NCBI GenBank assembly: GCA_001780985.1
Contig: MFJV01000001.1
Coordinates: 913,609 to 977,608 of the forward strand
Direction of reading: 5' to 3'
DNA: 64,000 bases
Source: Candidatus Gottesmanbacteria bacterium RIFCSPLOWO2_01_FULL_43_11b
GTDB lineage: Bacteria; Patescibacteriota; Microgenomatia; UBA10105; UBA927
Made by a program: the position numbers and the translations under genes. A model generated the notes under the pieces. It made no database searches, was not told where the DNA came from, and saw nothing but the letters and a program-made list of their open reading frames with translations. This document shows positions 39,786 to 50,659 of this stretch, piece by piece (position 1 is the first letter of the stretch; each line of letters opens with the position of its first letter).

Positions 39786-40843
39786 CCCCCCCTGATTACT
39801 GGTTAACGGTCGTGACCATTATCCTGAGTATTTTCGGCCTCATCATGGTCTATGATTCCTCTGTTGCTATTGCACTTCGGGATTTTTCAGACCAATATCA
39901 CTTTGTCCGTGAGCAGATTCGATGGTTTTTTGTCGGAAGTATTGCCCTTATAATTGGTTCGTTTTTTGACTATCACCGCCTGTATAAGCTCGCAGTTCCT
40001 TTACTTCTTGTAACGCTTTTTCTTCTCCTTCTCGTATTTATTCCTAGTATAGGGATTGCCGCATTAGGAGCTCATCGTTGGATTAATTTTGGTTTCTTTG
40101 TTTTTCAGCCGGCGGAACTTGCCAAACTTAGCCTTATTATTTATCTGGCAGCATGGTTTTCATATCCTGAAAAAGGAAGAATCTTGCCATTTCTCTTTTT
40201 ACTGGGTTTAGTTATTGGATTAGTTGTTGCTGAGCCGGATTTAGGAACGGCGTTTATTATTTTAATGATCGCGCTCACCATGTATTTTTTTTCAGGCGCA
40301 TCTTTATGGCAATTTGCACTGCTTATTCCGGCCTTAGCTACATCTGTCGGTGCACTTGCGGTATTTTCTCCGTATCGACTCAGGCGTATTACTACATTTT
40401 TTAATTCAGATATAGACCCTCTGGGGGCTTCATATCAAATCCGTCAAGTACTTCTTGCTTTAGGATCCGGCGGATTATGGGGTCTGGGTCTTGGGAAATC
40501 ACGCCAGAAGTACGAATACCTTCCTGAGGCCAATACGGATTCAATTTTTGCAATTATTGGAGAAGAGATAGGGTTTATCGGTGCAGCAGCAGTCATTTTC
40601 CTTTTTTTATTCCTCGTATGGCGGGGATTCCGTATCGCAAGACGCGCCCCGGATACGTTTGGGAAGCTCCTTGCTCTCGGAATTTCTTCCTGGATTGGCC
40701 TCCAGGCGCTTGTAAACCTCGGGGCGATGGTTGCACTCATTCCCTTAACAGGCGTCCCATTGCCGCTTATTTCATACGGCGGATCAAGTTTGATTCTTAT
40801 GCTTTTTGGTATTGGTATACTTTTAAATATAAGTAGGCAATGA
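39752..40843 (+). CDS. ftsW: SEDS peptidoglycan polymerase FtsW
   Basis: GAHRWI, QPAE..K, EPDLG, LPEANTD.IF, ISYGGSS; upstream of murG. Confidence 0.92.
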   Translation: MASITHKTHRLTPPDYWLTVVTIILSIFGLIMVYDSSVAIALRDFSDQYHFVREQIRWFFVGSIALIIGSFFDYHRLYKLAVPLLLVTLFLLLLVFIPSIGIAALGAHRWINFGFFVFQPAELAKLSLIIYLAAWFSYPEKGRILPFLFLLGLVIGLVVAEPDLGTAFIILMIALTMYFFSGASLWQFALLIPALATSVGALAVFSPYRLRRITTFFNSDIDPLGASYQIRQVLLALGSGGLWGLGLGKSRQKYEYLPEANTDSIFAIIGEEIGFIGAAAVIFLFLFLVWRGFRIARRAPDTFGKLLALGISSWIGLQALVNLGAMVALIPLTGVPLPLISYGGSSLILMLFGIGILLNISRQ

Positions 40844-41889
40844 AAATACTTATTACCGGCGGCCATATTACCCCAGCGCTTGCTGTTGCGGAAGAAATAA
40901 GGGAGCGATACCCGGACTGGGAATTAGTGCTCGTGGGGCGCCGGTTTTCTCTGGAAGCGAATAAAATTCAATCAGAAGAGGAGCGGTTAGCAAAAAAATA
41001 CAACCTTGAATTTATCCCATTTAAAACAGGAAGATTCACCCGTGCATTTGCCCTCACAACACTTATCTCTTTATCTAATGTACCCGTCGGATTTATTAGC
41101 GCAATCAACATTGTTTCCTCAGTCCGCCCGAACCTCATTATTTCTTTTGGTGGTTACATAGCGCTTCCCGTCGTTATTGCCGGAAAACTCATGGGAATTC
41201 CGACTGTCACACATGAGCAGACGCGTAAACGCGGACTTTCGAACAGAATTATTGGTCTTTTTGCCCGTAAAGTTTGCGTGAGCTACCCTGATCAAAAAGG
41301 AGTCTATACAGGATTACCCATACGAAGAAGTATTTTTGAAAAATCGAAACCACCTGCAGGAGTTGATTCCAAGCGCCCGTTATTGTTTTTTTCCGGCGGT
41401 AGCACCGGATCGCAATCATTGAACACAATTTTTTTTGAATGTATTACTCTGCTAACCAAGCGATACATGGTCGTCCACCAAACGGGGAGAGCGTCAGAAT
41501 CAAAACAAATGGAGAACTACCAATCGTTTCCATACATAGATTTACCCGAGTATGCATGGATTTTACAAAATGCAAAACTCATTATCGGAAGAAGCGGAGC
41601 AAACACAGCAGGAGAAGTAGCGGCTCTTGGGAAAGTTGCACTCTGGATTCCGCTTCCGTGGTCAGGTGCGAATGAACAATACGAAAACGCTGCATTTCTT
41701 GTAAATAAAGGAACAAGCGAGCTCATACAACAAAAAAATCTTACCCAAGCCACTCTCATAAGTATGATTGAAAAAATGGTGAGTAATTATGAATCCTACA
41801 AAAACAATGCGGAAAAATACTCACGGGAGATTTCCCGGAACGCCGCCGGAAAGCTTGTTGACGAAATAGTAAAACTCCCGGAAGTATGA
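40840..41889 (+). CDS. murG: Lipid II GlcNAc transferase
   Basis: GGH.TP, GGY, HEQ, GGSTGS, RSGA, EQ..NA. Confidence 0.93.
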   Translation: MKILITGGHITPALAVAEEIRERYPDWELVLVGRRFSLEANKIQSEEERLAKKYNLEFIPFKTGRFTRAFALTTLISLSNVPVGFISAINIVSSVRPNLIISFGGYIALPVVIAGKLMGIPTVTHEQTRKRGLSNRIIGLFARKVCVSYPDQKGVYTGLPIRRSIFEKSKPPAGVDSKRPLLFFSGGSTGSQSLNTIFFECITLLTKRYMVVHQTGRASESKQMENYQSFPYIDLPEYAWILQNAKLIIGRSGANTAGEVAALGKVALWIPLPWSGANEQYENAAFLVNKGTSELIQQKNLTQATLISMIEKMVSNYESYKNNAEKYSREISRNAAGKLVDEIVKLPEV

Positions 41890-42545
41890 AATTCATAAGA
41901 AGGAAAAAAATCGGACGTATTATTTTTGCCATTCTCATTGTCATAGGAATCACCATCGGATTGTGGATTGCAGTCCGGGATCTTTTTCAAATTACTCATG
42001 TAGAAGTTATCGGAGCTCAGATTGACGTACGAATTGACCAGGAAAAGATGAACAAGAATCTTCTTTTTTTCCCCACACAAAAAATACGGACGCAACTTTT
42101 AAGTCAGAATCCTCTTGTTGAAAATATAGAAATTCAAAAAAAATTTCCTCATACAATACGGATTATCGTAACCTCACGAATGCCTATTGCCCGTGTTGCA
42201 CTTTCGGATCGCACAGTTTTGGTCGATCGAGAGGGTGTTGTCATTGGACTTTCCGGTGACGCTGATAATTTTCCTTTACTTTCTCTTAACAATGATGAAT
42301 CTCTCCTTATTGAAAGCCTTGAAATAGTAGCAGGTATGGAACAAGGAGAATTACTTTCGATAACAAAGATTGATAACGCGACCTTACTTGCTAAATCGAC
42401 AACAACAGATATATATTTTCCTCAAAGTGATCAGATTCAAAATAAAGTGGCTACTTTACAAAGCATCTTGAGCGGGTTTAGAATAAAAGGAACTCTGCCC
42501 AAAGTAATAGATCTCCGGTTTGAAAAACCAATAGTAACCTTTTAA
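41886..42545 (+). CDS. ftsQ: Cell division protein FtsQ/DivIB
   Basis: TM, POTRA-like K.FP.T, C-terminal IDLRF..P. Confidence 0.75.
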   Translation: MKFIRRKKIGRIIFAILIVIGITIGLWIAVRDLFQITHVEVIGAQIDVRIDQEKMNKNLLFFPTQKIRTQLLSQNPLVENIEIQKKFPHTIRIIVTSRMPIARVALSDRTVLVDREGVVIGLSGDADNFPLLSLNNDESLLIESLEIVAGMEQGELLSITKIDNATLLAKSTTTDIYFPQSDQIQNKVATLQSILSGFRIKGTLPKVIDLRFEKPIVTF

Positions 42546-42549
42546 GTAT

Positions 42550-43848
42550 ATGGCGCGAACGAGCACAATAACCGGTATAGATGTAGGAACATCAAAAATA
42601 ACTACGCTCGTTTCTTCTATAGGCGAAGAAGGTGAAGCCCGTGTCATTGGAGTATCCACAGCAGTAAGCCGCGGCCTTCGGAAAGGCCAGGTTGTTAATA
42701 TTGAGGAAGCAACAGCTGCAATATCTTCATCTCTGGAAGGGACTGAACGGATGGCAGGGTCATCCATAGGCCGGGCATATGTTTGTGTAGGTGGAGCACA
42801 TATAGCATCGATTAATTCACACGGAGTAGTTGCGGTAGCAGAACCTGAACGGGAAATTACGGAGTTTGATATAAAAAGAGTCATCGATGCGGCAAAAGCA
42901 GTCTCCCTTCCATCTTCCCGTGAAATTCTCCATGTGTTGCCGCGAGGATATGTAGTCGATGGTCAGGAGGGAATTGTTGACCCAATTGGCATGACAGGGA
43001 TTCGGCTTGAGGTCGATACCCACATTGTGACAGGAGGGGCAACGGCGATACGAAACTTACGTAAATGCGTTGAAGAACTGGGAGTTGAAGTTTCAGGGAT
43101 GGTATTTAGCGGACTGGCATCAGCTGCAGCAAGTTTGTCAGATACGGAAAAGGAGCTGGGTGTAATTTTAATTGATATTGGAGGCGGCACGACCGACGTT
43201 GCAATATTTGTTGAAGGAGCACTTTCCTACTCGTCAGTTATTCCGATAGGTGCCATAAATATCACAAAAGATTTAGCAGCGGGGCTTCGCGTGTCGCTCG
43301 AAAGCGCTGAAAAAATAAAGTTGGCATTGGGGGAGGCGCCAAAATTGCCGGCAATCCTTGAAGAAGAAAGTGTAAAAGGGGGAAAATCGGATAAGACCGA
43401 TGAAATTGATCTTACCAAACTGGGACTACCTGAAGAACTCAAAACTGTCTCGAAGAAGACGTTGGTCGAAGGGATAATTAAACCACGACTTAATGAAATA
43501 TTCACAATGGTTGGCCTTGAGATAAAACGGAGTGGATTTGGCGGAATGACGCCATCGGGAATTGTATTAACAGGCGGAGGAGCCCAAACAGTCGGAGCGG
43601 TTGAGGCTGCACGAAGAAATCTGGCCATGCCGGTTCATGTCGGCATACCACAACATATTACAGGGCTTATTGATGAAATCATGAATCCTGCATATACTGC
43701 TTCTGTCGGGTTAATTCTCGGAAGTACGAAGACCGGTATGGGAGAAAGCTCATCAGGACTTTCAGGTTTTCGGAAAGTCGGAGAACGAATTCAAATAAAA
43801 GGAATGGCCGGAAAAGTCATTGATTTTGTGAAATCATTCTTGCCCTAA
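42550..43848 (+). CDS. ftsA: Cell division protein FtsA
   Basis: [21 protein letters not shown]. Confidence 0.95.
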   Translation: MARTSTITGIDVGTSKITTLVSSIGEEGEARVIGVSTAVSRGLRKGQVVNIEEATAAISSSLEGTERMAGSSIGRAYVCVGGAHIASINSHGVVAVAEPEREITEFDIKRVIDAAKAVSLPSSREILHVLPRGYVVDGQEGIVDPIGMTGIRLEVDTHIVTGGATAIRNLRKCVEELGVEVSGMVFSGLASAAASLSDTEKELGVILIDIGGGTTDVAIFVEGALSYSSVIPIGAINITKDLAAGLRVSLESAEKIKLALGEAPKLPAILEEESVKGGKSDKTDEIDLTKLGLPEELKTVSKKTLVEGIIKPRLNEIFTMVGLEIKRSGFGGMTPSGIVLTGGGAQTVGAVEAARRNLAMPVHVGIPQHITGLIDEIMNPAYTASVGLILGSTKTGMGESSSGLSGFRKVGERIQIKGMAGKVIDFVKSFLP

Positions 43849-43882
43849 TGTACTAATTTTTCTGCCCCAAGATTTACTTTTT

Positions 43883-44998
43883 ATGCTCATAAAGCCCGAA
43901 ATTGCCCGCTTTGCAAAAATTAAAGTCGTTGGAATTGGTGGTGGTGGCTGTAATGCGGTTACTTCGATGATCAGTATAAGCCAAATTAATGGTGTTGATT
44001 TTATCGGCATTAATACAGACGCCCAAGCTCTCCTCATGTGTCAGGCTGCAACGAAGATTCAAATCGGAGAAAATTTAACGCGGGGCTTAGGAGCAGGGGG
44101 TGACCCGGAAATCGGAATAAAGGCAGCTGAAGAGTCTAAGGAAAAAATAAAAGAATACCTTCGCGATAGCGACATGGTGTTTCTTACCTGTGGCGAGGGA
44201 GGAGGAACAGGAACCGGTGCAACACCACTCATTGCTGAAATTGCAAAAGAGCTTGGCGCTTTGACAGTTGCTGTTGTTACAAAACCATTCCAATTTGAGG
44301 GCACGCGAAGGATGATAAATGCAGAAGAGGGAATTACAAACCTCAAAGATAAAGTGGATACCCTCATTGTCATTCCGAATCAACGACTCCTAGAGGTAAT
44401 TGATAAAAAAATGACCCTTCTTGAGGCATTTAGAGTTACAGACTCAGTATTATCTCAGGGTGTACAGGGTATTTCTGACCTTATTACCATGCCGGGGCTT
44501 ATTAACGTCGACTTTGCAGACGTACGAACCATTATGACGAGTGCAGGATCTGCACTTATGGGAATTGGAACCGGGGTCGGAGAAAATAGAGCCGCAACAG
44601 CAGCCAGGACTGCAATTGCCTCGCCGCTTCTTGAAATGTCGATTGAAGGGGCTAAGGGAGTGCTTTTCAATATTACCGGAGGCCCGGATCTCACCATGTC
44701 AGAAGTTGATGAGGCAGCCAAACAAATTGCTGCTGCAGTTGACCCGGATGCAAATATTATTTTTGGCGCGACCATTGACGAACATCTTGTTGATCAGGTA
44801 AAAATTTCAGTGATCGCAACAGGATTTGATGAAACGAGAAGGAGATTAAGGGAGCTTTCATCGCGGCCATCCCCCGTAGGCCAAGTTCCACCCCCACTAA
44901 CAACGACACAACAGCCTCCGGTAACACAACTCACGGATGATCTTCCTCCCGAAGAGGACGAATTCGACATCCCCGCATTCCTCCGTCAAAGAAGCTAG
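43883..44998 (+). CDS. ftsZ: Cell division protein FtsZ
   Basis: GGGTGTG, NVDFAD, DIPAFLR tail. Confidence 0.97.
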   Translation: MLIKPEIARFAKIKVVGIGGGGCNAVTSMISISQINGVDFIGINTDAQALLMCQAATKIQIGENLTRGLGAGGDPEIGIKAAEESKEKIKEYLRDSDMVFLTCGEGGGTGTGATPLIAEIAKELGALTVAVVTKPFQFEGTRRMINAEEGITNLKDKVDTLIVIPNQRLLEVIDKKMTLLEAFRVTDSVLSQGVQGISDLITMPGLINVDFADVRTIMTSAGSALMGIGTGVGENRAATAARTAIASPLLEMSIEGAKGVLFNITGGPDLTMSEVDEAAKQIAAAVDPDANIIFGATIDEHLVDQVKISVIATGFDETRRRLRELSSRPSPVGQVPPPLTTTQQPPVTQLTDDLPPEEDEFDIPAFLRQRS

Positions 44999-45010
44999 CC
45001 ACGAATCCCT

Positions 45011-45319
45011 ATGATTAATCTTGAATGTCTAAGGGATTGTGAAGCCGCTTGTTGCAAAAAACAACATAACCACCGAGTGACATTTGACTTCAATGAACAA
45101 GAGGGTTCCATGTTTCAACAAAGAGGAGTTATATTAATTCCCCATGAGGGTGGAGGATTCACGATGCAAGAGGATTGTATTTTTTTACAAGGAAAATTAT
45201 GCACATTGCATGGACAACCAACTCAACCAAAATGCTGTGTAGATAACAAAGCAGGTGAAGAGTTATGTTTAAGGGTGAGAGAATCAGTTGCCGGTAAACG
45301 ATGGAGTGAAGTTGAATAA
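45011..45319 (+). CDS. Cysteine-cluster protein (YkgJ/CxxCxxCC-like)
   Basis: CLRDCEAACC...CIFL....C..H....P.CC. Confidence 0.6.
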   Translation: MINLECLRDCEAACCKKQHNHRVTFDFNEQEGSMFQQRGVILIPHEGGGFTMQEDCIFLQGKLCTLHGQPTQPKCCVDNKAGEELCLRVRESVAGKRWSEVE

Positions 45320-45365
45320 TAGAAGTATGCGAACCTTCTATGCCTACGAGGAGTCTCCTTGTAGG
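45320..45365. repeat. REP-like TAGAAGTATGCGAACCTTCTA plus adjacent hairpin CCTACGAGGAG-T-CTCCTTGTAGG
   Basis: Two consecutive inverted repeats immediately after the stop codon; the first is shared with 26700 and 56653. Confidence 0.7.
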
Positions 45366-45379
45366 GAAGAAGCCCCAAT

Positions 45380-45408
45380 TTGTCAAGAACAAAAGCGCCG
45401 TTTATAAT
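45380..45408 (+). promoter_or_regulatory. sigma70-like leaderless promoter for ileS
   Basis: TTGTCA-17-TATAAT, 6 nt to ATG. Confidence 0.7.
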
Positions 45409-45414
45409 AAGTGG

Positions 45415-48189
45415 ATGGCGTTTAAATCAGTCTCACCACAAGTAAATTTTCCGGAGTTGGAGCAGGAAGTGCTCGAGTACTGGAAAAAGAATAAGATTTT
45501 TGAAAAATCAATTGAATCCCGGCCAGTTGAGAAATCCTGGACGTTTCTTGACGGCCCTCCGTTTATAACAGGCCTTCCGCACTACGGCACGTTACTTTCA
45601 AGTATTCCAAAAGATCTTTTCCCCAGATACTGGACAATGAAAGGGTATAGAGTACGAAGGGTCTGGGGTTGGGATTGCCACGGACTTCCTGCAGAAAACA
45701 AAGTTGAAGAGAAATTACACATAAAAAGAAAACGGGATATAGAAGAAAAAATCGGTGTCAAGAAATTTATTAACGAATGTAAACTCTACGTTAAAAATGT
45801 TTCTTCAGAGTGGGAATGGTACGTTGACCACATAGCCCGATGGGTTGATTTCCAAAACGCATATAAAACCATGGACAAAGACTACATGGAAACCGTGATA
45901 TGGGTATTTAAACAAATGTATGACAAAGGCTTGATTTATAAAGGGCTCCGCGTTTCCCTCTACTGCCCCCACTGCGGTACTCCCATTTCAAACTTTGAGG
46001 TTGCAATGGATGCGGATAACTATAAGGAAATGACGGAACCGACTGCAGTATTTATGTATCAGCTTGAAGATAAAAAAGATACGTATTTACTCGCCTGGAG
46101 TACGACACCATGGAATAAGATTGCCACCCCGGCACTCGCTGTTAATCCAAAACTTACGTATGTGAAAGTTAAACAAGGGGATAAATTTTTCATTTTGGCA
46201 AAACCCACGATGGCAATGATCAACGGTGAGTATAAAATTACTGAAGAATTTAAAGGAAAAGAACTCATCGGGAAAAAGTTTGTTAAACATTATGATTTTT
46301 ACTCATATGACCCCGGGATTATCATAGCAGGGGATTTTGTGACAGCAGAGGAAGGAACAGGAATTGTGACAATCGCAGCGTACGGTGAGGAAGATTTAGC
46401 GGTCATGCAGAAAGAAAAAATCCAACTTGTCCTCCATGTTGATGATGAAGGAATGATGAAAAGACAAGTGCCAAAATGGGCCGGGAAATACTATTTGGAC
46501 GTTGACTCTTTGGTTATCGATGATTTGAAATCACGCGGACTCATTTATAGAGTTGATAGCTACACTCACACAATTCCCACCTGCTGGAGATGCCACACAC
46601 GACTCTACTACGCTCCGCAGGATGCTTGGTATGTAAACGTGCAAAAACTGAAACCCGCCATGTATAAAACCAATGAAGCGGTCAATTGGTTTCCGGAACA
46701 CTTTAAGTACGGCAGATTCCTCAAAAGCATGGAGTCAGCGCCTGATTGGTGTATATCCAGGAGCCGATTTTGGGGTTCGCCCGTACCTGTTTGGGAATGC
46801 ACGAACGGCCATAGATTTGTACCGGGATCAATTAAAGAGCTTGAGAAAGCAAGCGGGGTAAAAATAACCGATCTCCACAAACCTGAGATAGATGAAATAA
46901 AAGTGACATGCAAGGAATGCAAAAAACCAGGCTCGAGAGTACCAGAGGTATTAGATAGCTGGATTGAGGCAGGAAGCGCATCATTTGCAGAGCGACATTT
47001 TCCCTTCAGTAAAGTCGATCTCAAATCCTTTTTCCCTCCTGACTTTATCGTTGAATACACAGGACAAATAAGAGCATGGTTTTACGTGCTCCATGTGATT
47101 TCTACTGCCCTTTTCGATAGCCATGCATTTAAAAACGTGGTTGTCTCCGGAGTTATTTTAGGTACAGACGGACGAAAGATGAGCAAAAACTATGGAAATT
47201 ACCCTGATCCAAAAGAGATGCTTCTCAAATACGGCGGTGACGCGCTAAGACTATATTTATTGGGTTCACCTGTCATGCACGGAGAAGACATTCGGATTTC
47301 TGAGGTGGAATACAGAGATCAAGTAAGGGGTTTGCTCCTCAAGCTTTGGAACGTGTATAACTTTTTTGTGACATATGCAAACGTTCATAAATGGAAACCG
47401 AACGGCAAAGAGTCGAAACATATTCTTGATCGGTGGATACATGCACGTCTTCAAAAACTCAATAGCGATGTGACAGAGGCACTTGAGGGATATGATTCTG
47501 TAGTAACTGTACGCGCTTATGAAGACTTCGTAAACGATCTATCGACCTGGTACATACGAAGAAGCAGAAATAGGATTGGTGATGAATTCTATCAAACGTG
47601 TTACCAAGTCTTAACGACTTTGTCACAACTTCTTGCACCAACTGCCCCGTTTATTGCTGAGGCAATATATAGAAATTTGACCGGCGAAGAGTCTGTGCAC
47701 CTCACTAGTTGGCCAACAGCAGCAAAATTACAACACTTCGATCTATCGATAGATGAAAGTATGAAGATTGTTCGACGAATCTGCGAGCTTGGACATGCAC
47801 AGAGAAAAGAAAATAAAATAAAAGTACGACAGCCACTTAGCCTTTGTAGTGTCAAAAACATCCAAATAGATCTTGATGATGAATATCTTGCATTGATTCG
47901 GGATGAACTAAATGTAAAAACCGTTCGTTTAGAGAAAGGTAAAGGGGAGATGGGTGTAGCTCTCGATACGAAATTAACTCCGGAACTTATGCAAGAAGGA
48001 CAGGCGAGAGAACTTATTCGTGAAATTCAGAAACTTCGCAAAGTTAAAGGATGTAGAATAGATGAACGGATCACCGTCACCCTTCCGAAATCGTTTAAGG
48101 AATTACCTAAGGATCTCATTGATTTTATTAAAAAAGAAACATTGACTGGTAGTCTTCTATGGGGAGAACAACTGACGATTGGATCATAA
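45415..48189 (+). CDS. ileS: Isoleucine--tRNA ligase, type 2
   Basis: DGPPF, GWDCHGLP, WSTTPW, DWCISR, KMSK; C-terminal EG.ARE.IR.IQ.LRK domain. Confidence 0.93.
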   Translation: MAFKSVSPQVNFPELEQEVLEYWKKNKIFEKSIESRPVEKSWTFLDGPPFITGLPHYGTLLSSIPKDLFPRYWTMKGYRVRRVWGWDCHGLPAENKVEEKLHIKRKRDIEEKIGVKKFINECKLYVKNVSSEWEWYVDHIARWVDFQNAYKTMDKDYMETVIWVFKQMYDKGLIYKGLRVSLYCPHCGTPISNFEVAMDADNYKEMTEPTAVFMYQLEDKKDTYLLAWSTTPWNKIATPALAVNPKLTYVKVKQGDKFFILAKPTMAMINGEYKITEEFKGKELIGKKFVKHYDFYSYDPGIIIAGDFVTAEEGTGIVTIAAYGEEDLAVMQKEKIQLVLHVDDEGMMKRQVPKWAGKYYLDVDSLVIDDLKSRGLIYRVDSYTHTIPTCWRCHTRLYYAPQDAWYVNVQKLKPAMYKTNEAVNWFPEHFKYGRFLKSMESAPDWCISRSRFWGSPVPVWECTNGHRFVPGSIKELEKASGVKITDLHKPEIDEIKVTCKECKKPGSRVPEVLDSWIEAGSASFAERHFPFSKVDLKSFFPPDFIVEYTGQIRAWFYVLHVISTALFDSHAFKNVVVSGVILGTDGRKMSKNYGNYPDPKEMLLKYGGDALRLYLLGSPVMHGEDIRISEVEYRDQVRGLLLKLWNVYNFFVTYANVHKWKPNGKESKHILDRWIHARLQKLNSDVTEALEGYDSVVTVRAYEDFVNDLSTWYIRRSRNRIGDEFYQTCYQVLTTLSQLLAPTAPFIAEAIYRNLTGEESVHLTSWPTAAKLQHFDLSIDESMKIVRRICELGHAQRKENKIKVRQPLSLCSVKNIQIDLDDEYLALIRDELNVKTVRLEKGKGEMGVALDTKLTPELMQEGQARELIREIQKLRKVKGCRIDERITVTLPKSFKELPKDLIDFIKKETLTGSLLWGEQLTIGS

Positions 48190-49208
48190 CCCTCCTCCTT
48201 GTTTTTCTCACAAGCGTGGGTTTGTTTGTCCTCTCGACTCTTTCTCAAGCACTATTTCTCCAGCAGTTTGTCTTTGTTATATTTGCTGTTGTATTTTTCA
48301 GACTGTTTTCGCGTATTGATGGAGCGGTTCTTTGGTGGTTTGCACCATGGGGGTATATTTTAAGCCTCATTTTATTGCTCGTTTCGTTTTTGGGACCTGA
48401 AATTCGCGGTGCAACACGGTGGATTATGATAGGAACTATTCAAATTCAACCGTCTGAACTGGTCAAGCCTTTGCTTCTTTTGGCATTTAGTCGATTCATG
48501 ACACAATTTTCGCCCCGGCAGTTTAAAAATGTACTCCTCCATATGCTCCTTTTTGCCTTACCGGTACTTCTTGTCATACGGCAACCGGACCTTGGAACAA
48601 GCATAATTTACACGAGTTCCTGGGTTGCCATGATGGTTGCCGCCGGACTTCCTCTCTGGACATTAATTCTAGCGGGTATTGGAGTTGGGTTCATTTTCCC
48701 CTTTCTCTGGAATCTTCTGGCGCCTTACCAGAGAGATCGGCTTACAACATTCCTCGCTCCCACACTTGATCCGAAAGGGGCAGGGTACAATGCGCTGCAA
48801 TCTATGATTGCAGTGGGAAGCGGCCAGTTTTTTGGAAGAGGTTTAGGGCGGGGTACGCAGAGCCATCTCCGTTTCTTACCGGAGCACCATACGGATTTTA
48901 TTTTTGCGACCCTTGTTGAAGAGCTCGGATTTTTTGGTGGCATTGCACTTTTATTATCCTATTTTGCACTCTTTGTCCGCATGCTCATGCCGCTTCTTCG
49001 GGGGTTCACTGATGATCTTTTTGCGTTTATCTTTAGCATTGGGTTATTTGCCGTCATTATGGCTCAGGTTTTTATTCATGTCGGGATGAATATGGGGGTA
49101 CTTCCCATTACCGGTATTACTCTACCGCTTGTTTCTTACGGCGGAAGTTCCGTCATTTCAATAGCAATCTCATTCGGAATCTGGTTTGCGCTGGTGCGAC
49201 GCAGATGA
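48159..49208 (+). CDS. rodA: SEDS protein RodA
   Basis: GATRWI, QPSE, QPDLG, GYN..QS.IAVGSG, LPEHHTDFIF. Confidence 0.88.
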   Translation: MGRTTDDWIITLLLVFLTSVGLFVLSTLSQALFLQQFVFVIFAVVFFRLFSRIDGAVLWWFAPWGYILSLILLLVSFLGPEIRGATRWIMIGTIQIQPSELVKPLLLLAFSRFMTQFSPRQFKNVLLHMLLFALPVLLVIRQPDLGTSIIYTSSWVAMMVAAGLPLWTLILAGIGVGFIFPFLWNLLAPYQRDRLTTFLAPTLDPKGAGYNALQSMIAVGSGQFFGRGLGRGTQSHLRFLPEHHTDFIFATLVEELGFFGGIALLLSYFALFVRMLMPLLRGFTDDLFAFIFSIGLFAVIMAQVFIHVGMNMGVLPITGITLPLVSYGGSSVISIAISFGIWFALVRRR

Positions 49209-49224
49209 TACAATTAGCCTTGCT

Positions 49225-49542
49225 ATGTTCGCAGTCGTCACCATTTCCGGAAAGCAGTATAAGGTGAGTGTTGGTGACACAATAGTCGTTGACCAGATTG
49301 ACGGAAAGGTGGGTTCAGTCGTTACCTTTGACCACGTGTTACTCTCATCTGACGGCAAAAAAACCACTGTCGGCAAACCAACCCTGAAAAAAGTCGTGGT
49401 AAGCGCAAAAATTTTAGCTCACCAAAAAGGAGAAAAAATTCAGGTTCGTCGCTTTAAATCCAAAGTCCGCTACCGCCGCTCTGTGGGTTTTAGAGCGCGA
49501 CAAACGAAACTCGAAATTGTCAAGATATCTACTTCTTCATGA
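49225..49542 (+). CDS. rplU: 50S ribosomal protein bL21
   Basis: MFAVV..SGKQYKV..GD, KGEKI...FK.K, G.R...T. Confidence 0.93.
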   Translation: MFAVVTISGKQYKVSVGDTIVVDQIDGKVGSVVTFDHVLLSSDGKKTTVGKPTLKKVVVSAKILAHQKGEKIQVRRFKSKVRYRRSVGFRARQTKLEIVKISTSS

Positions 49543-50657
49543 CTTCCTACCTTTTCTTATTTGGGAAAACGCCAGAGCTTTCGTGGCTTGAACTTAGGTC
49601 ACTCTATTCTCAAGCTCGTCTTATCAGCCCGCTTGTTGCCTTTGTGGAAGCAGTTTTAGATCCAATTGCCGTGATGCGACAACTCGGAGGAACCGTTAAA
49701 ATTGCCAAAGTAGTGGGAACGGTAACAGAGATTTCAGTTAAAACTCTTGTTCCCCTTCTTACAAAAGAAAAACGATCCAATCATATTACCTTCGGGGTAA
49801 GTCGATACGACACCAATGAACCTATTTCCAAAGGTCTTCTTGCGGACATTAAAAACCAGCTTGAACTTACTGGTATAGGCGCACGATTTGTTGAAGCACG
49901 TGCCGATAGTCGCTTGGGGAGCGTTATTATTGCAAAGCAGGATGTCGTTGATCTTGTTATTACCCGTGAAAAGAAAACGTATCTGATTGCACGAACTATT
50001 GCAGTGCAACTATTTGAAGAATGGAATAGACGCGATTACGGCAGACCGAACGCTGACCCTAAAAGCGGCATGCTCCCTCCAAAAGTAGCACGCATGCTTG
50101 TGAATATTGCCCTTCGGCAAGCTCAGGGTAAACCGATTCTTCTTGATCCATTTTGCGGGATGGGGACAATTCTTGCAGAGGCGTTGCTCACAGGATGGGC
50201 AGTTTTGGGGAGTGACCAATCATCTGACGTAATCAAAAAAGTTGAAGAAAATCTTCGATGGCTTTCCCGCGAATATCCCTCTATTGAATCGAGTTTAGAT
50301 CTCTACGTTTCCGATGCAACACATATTTCCCAGAATGTAAAACCAGAAAGCATTGACGCAATTGTGACAGAACCATATATGGGCCCTGCGAAACTTAAAA
50401 GTCCCATTAAAAATATTATAAAAGGACTGGAGAAACTCTACATTGGATGCCTCAAAGACTGGCACGGCGTGCTTAAAACTGGAGGTAAGATTGTCATGGC
50501 CATCCCAAAATATTCGATAAACAACAAAACATATTTCGTGAAAAAAGTCATTGACAGCTGTGAAATGCTCGGCTATACTACCATCGCTGGACCTATAGAA
50601 TATAGTCGTCCACAAGCGGTCGTACGAAGACAGTTTTATATATTACAAAAGAAATAA
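49539..50657 (+). CDS. Trm11-like SAM-dependent (RNA) methyltransferase
   Basis: [24 protein letters not shown]. Confidence 0.75.
   Translation: MTSYLFLFGKTPELSWLELRSLYSQARLISPLVAFVEAVLDPIAVMRQLGGTVKIAKVVGTVTEISVKTLVPLLTKEKRSNHITFGVSRYDTNEPISKGLLADIKNQLELTGIGARFVEARADSRLGSVIIAKQDVVDLVITREKKTYLIARTIAVQLFEEWNRRDYGRPNADPKSGMLPPKVARMLVNIALRQAQGKPILLDPFCGMGTILAEALLTGWAVLGSDQSSDVIKKVEENLRWLSREYPSIESSLDLYVSDATHISQNVKPESIDAIVTEPYMGPAKLKSPIKNIIKGLEKLYIGCLKDWHGVLKTGGKIVMAIPKYSINNKTYFVKKVIDSCEMLGYTTIAGPIEYSRPQAVVRRQFYILQKK
50110..50128. repeat. REP-like CCCTTCGGCAAGCTCAGGG in frame (encodes LRQAQG)
   Basis: Imperfect hairpin; resembles a CTTCGACAAGCTCAG palindrome type recalled from other genomes; single copy here. 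Confidence 0.5.
50551..50579 (+). promoter_or_regulatory. Internal sigma70 promoter for rpmA-parB
   Basis: TTGACA-17-TATACT inside the 3' end of the methyltransferase gene. Confidence 0.6.
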
Positions 50658-50659
50658 CT

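Noticed and set aside
41470-41480. GTCGTCCACCA, complementary to the broken tRNA's acceptor strand plus ACCA (a similar match lies near 50606), as a possible trans-spliced 3' half
   Set aside because: No T-arm upstream and it lies inside murG coding sequence; a chance match.
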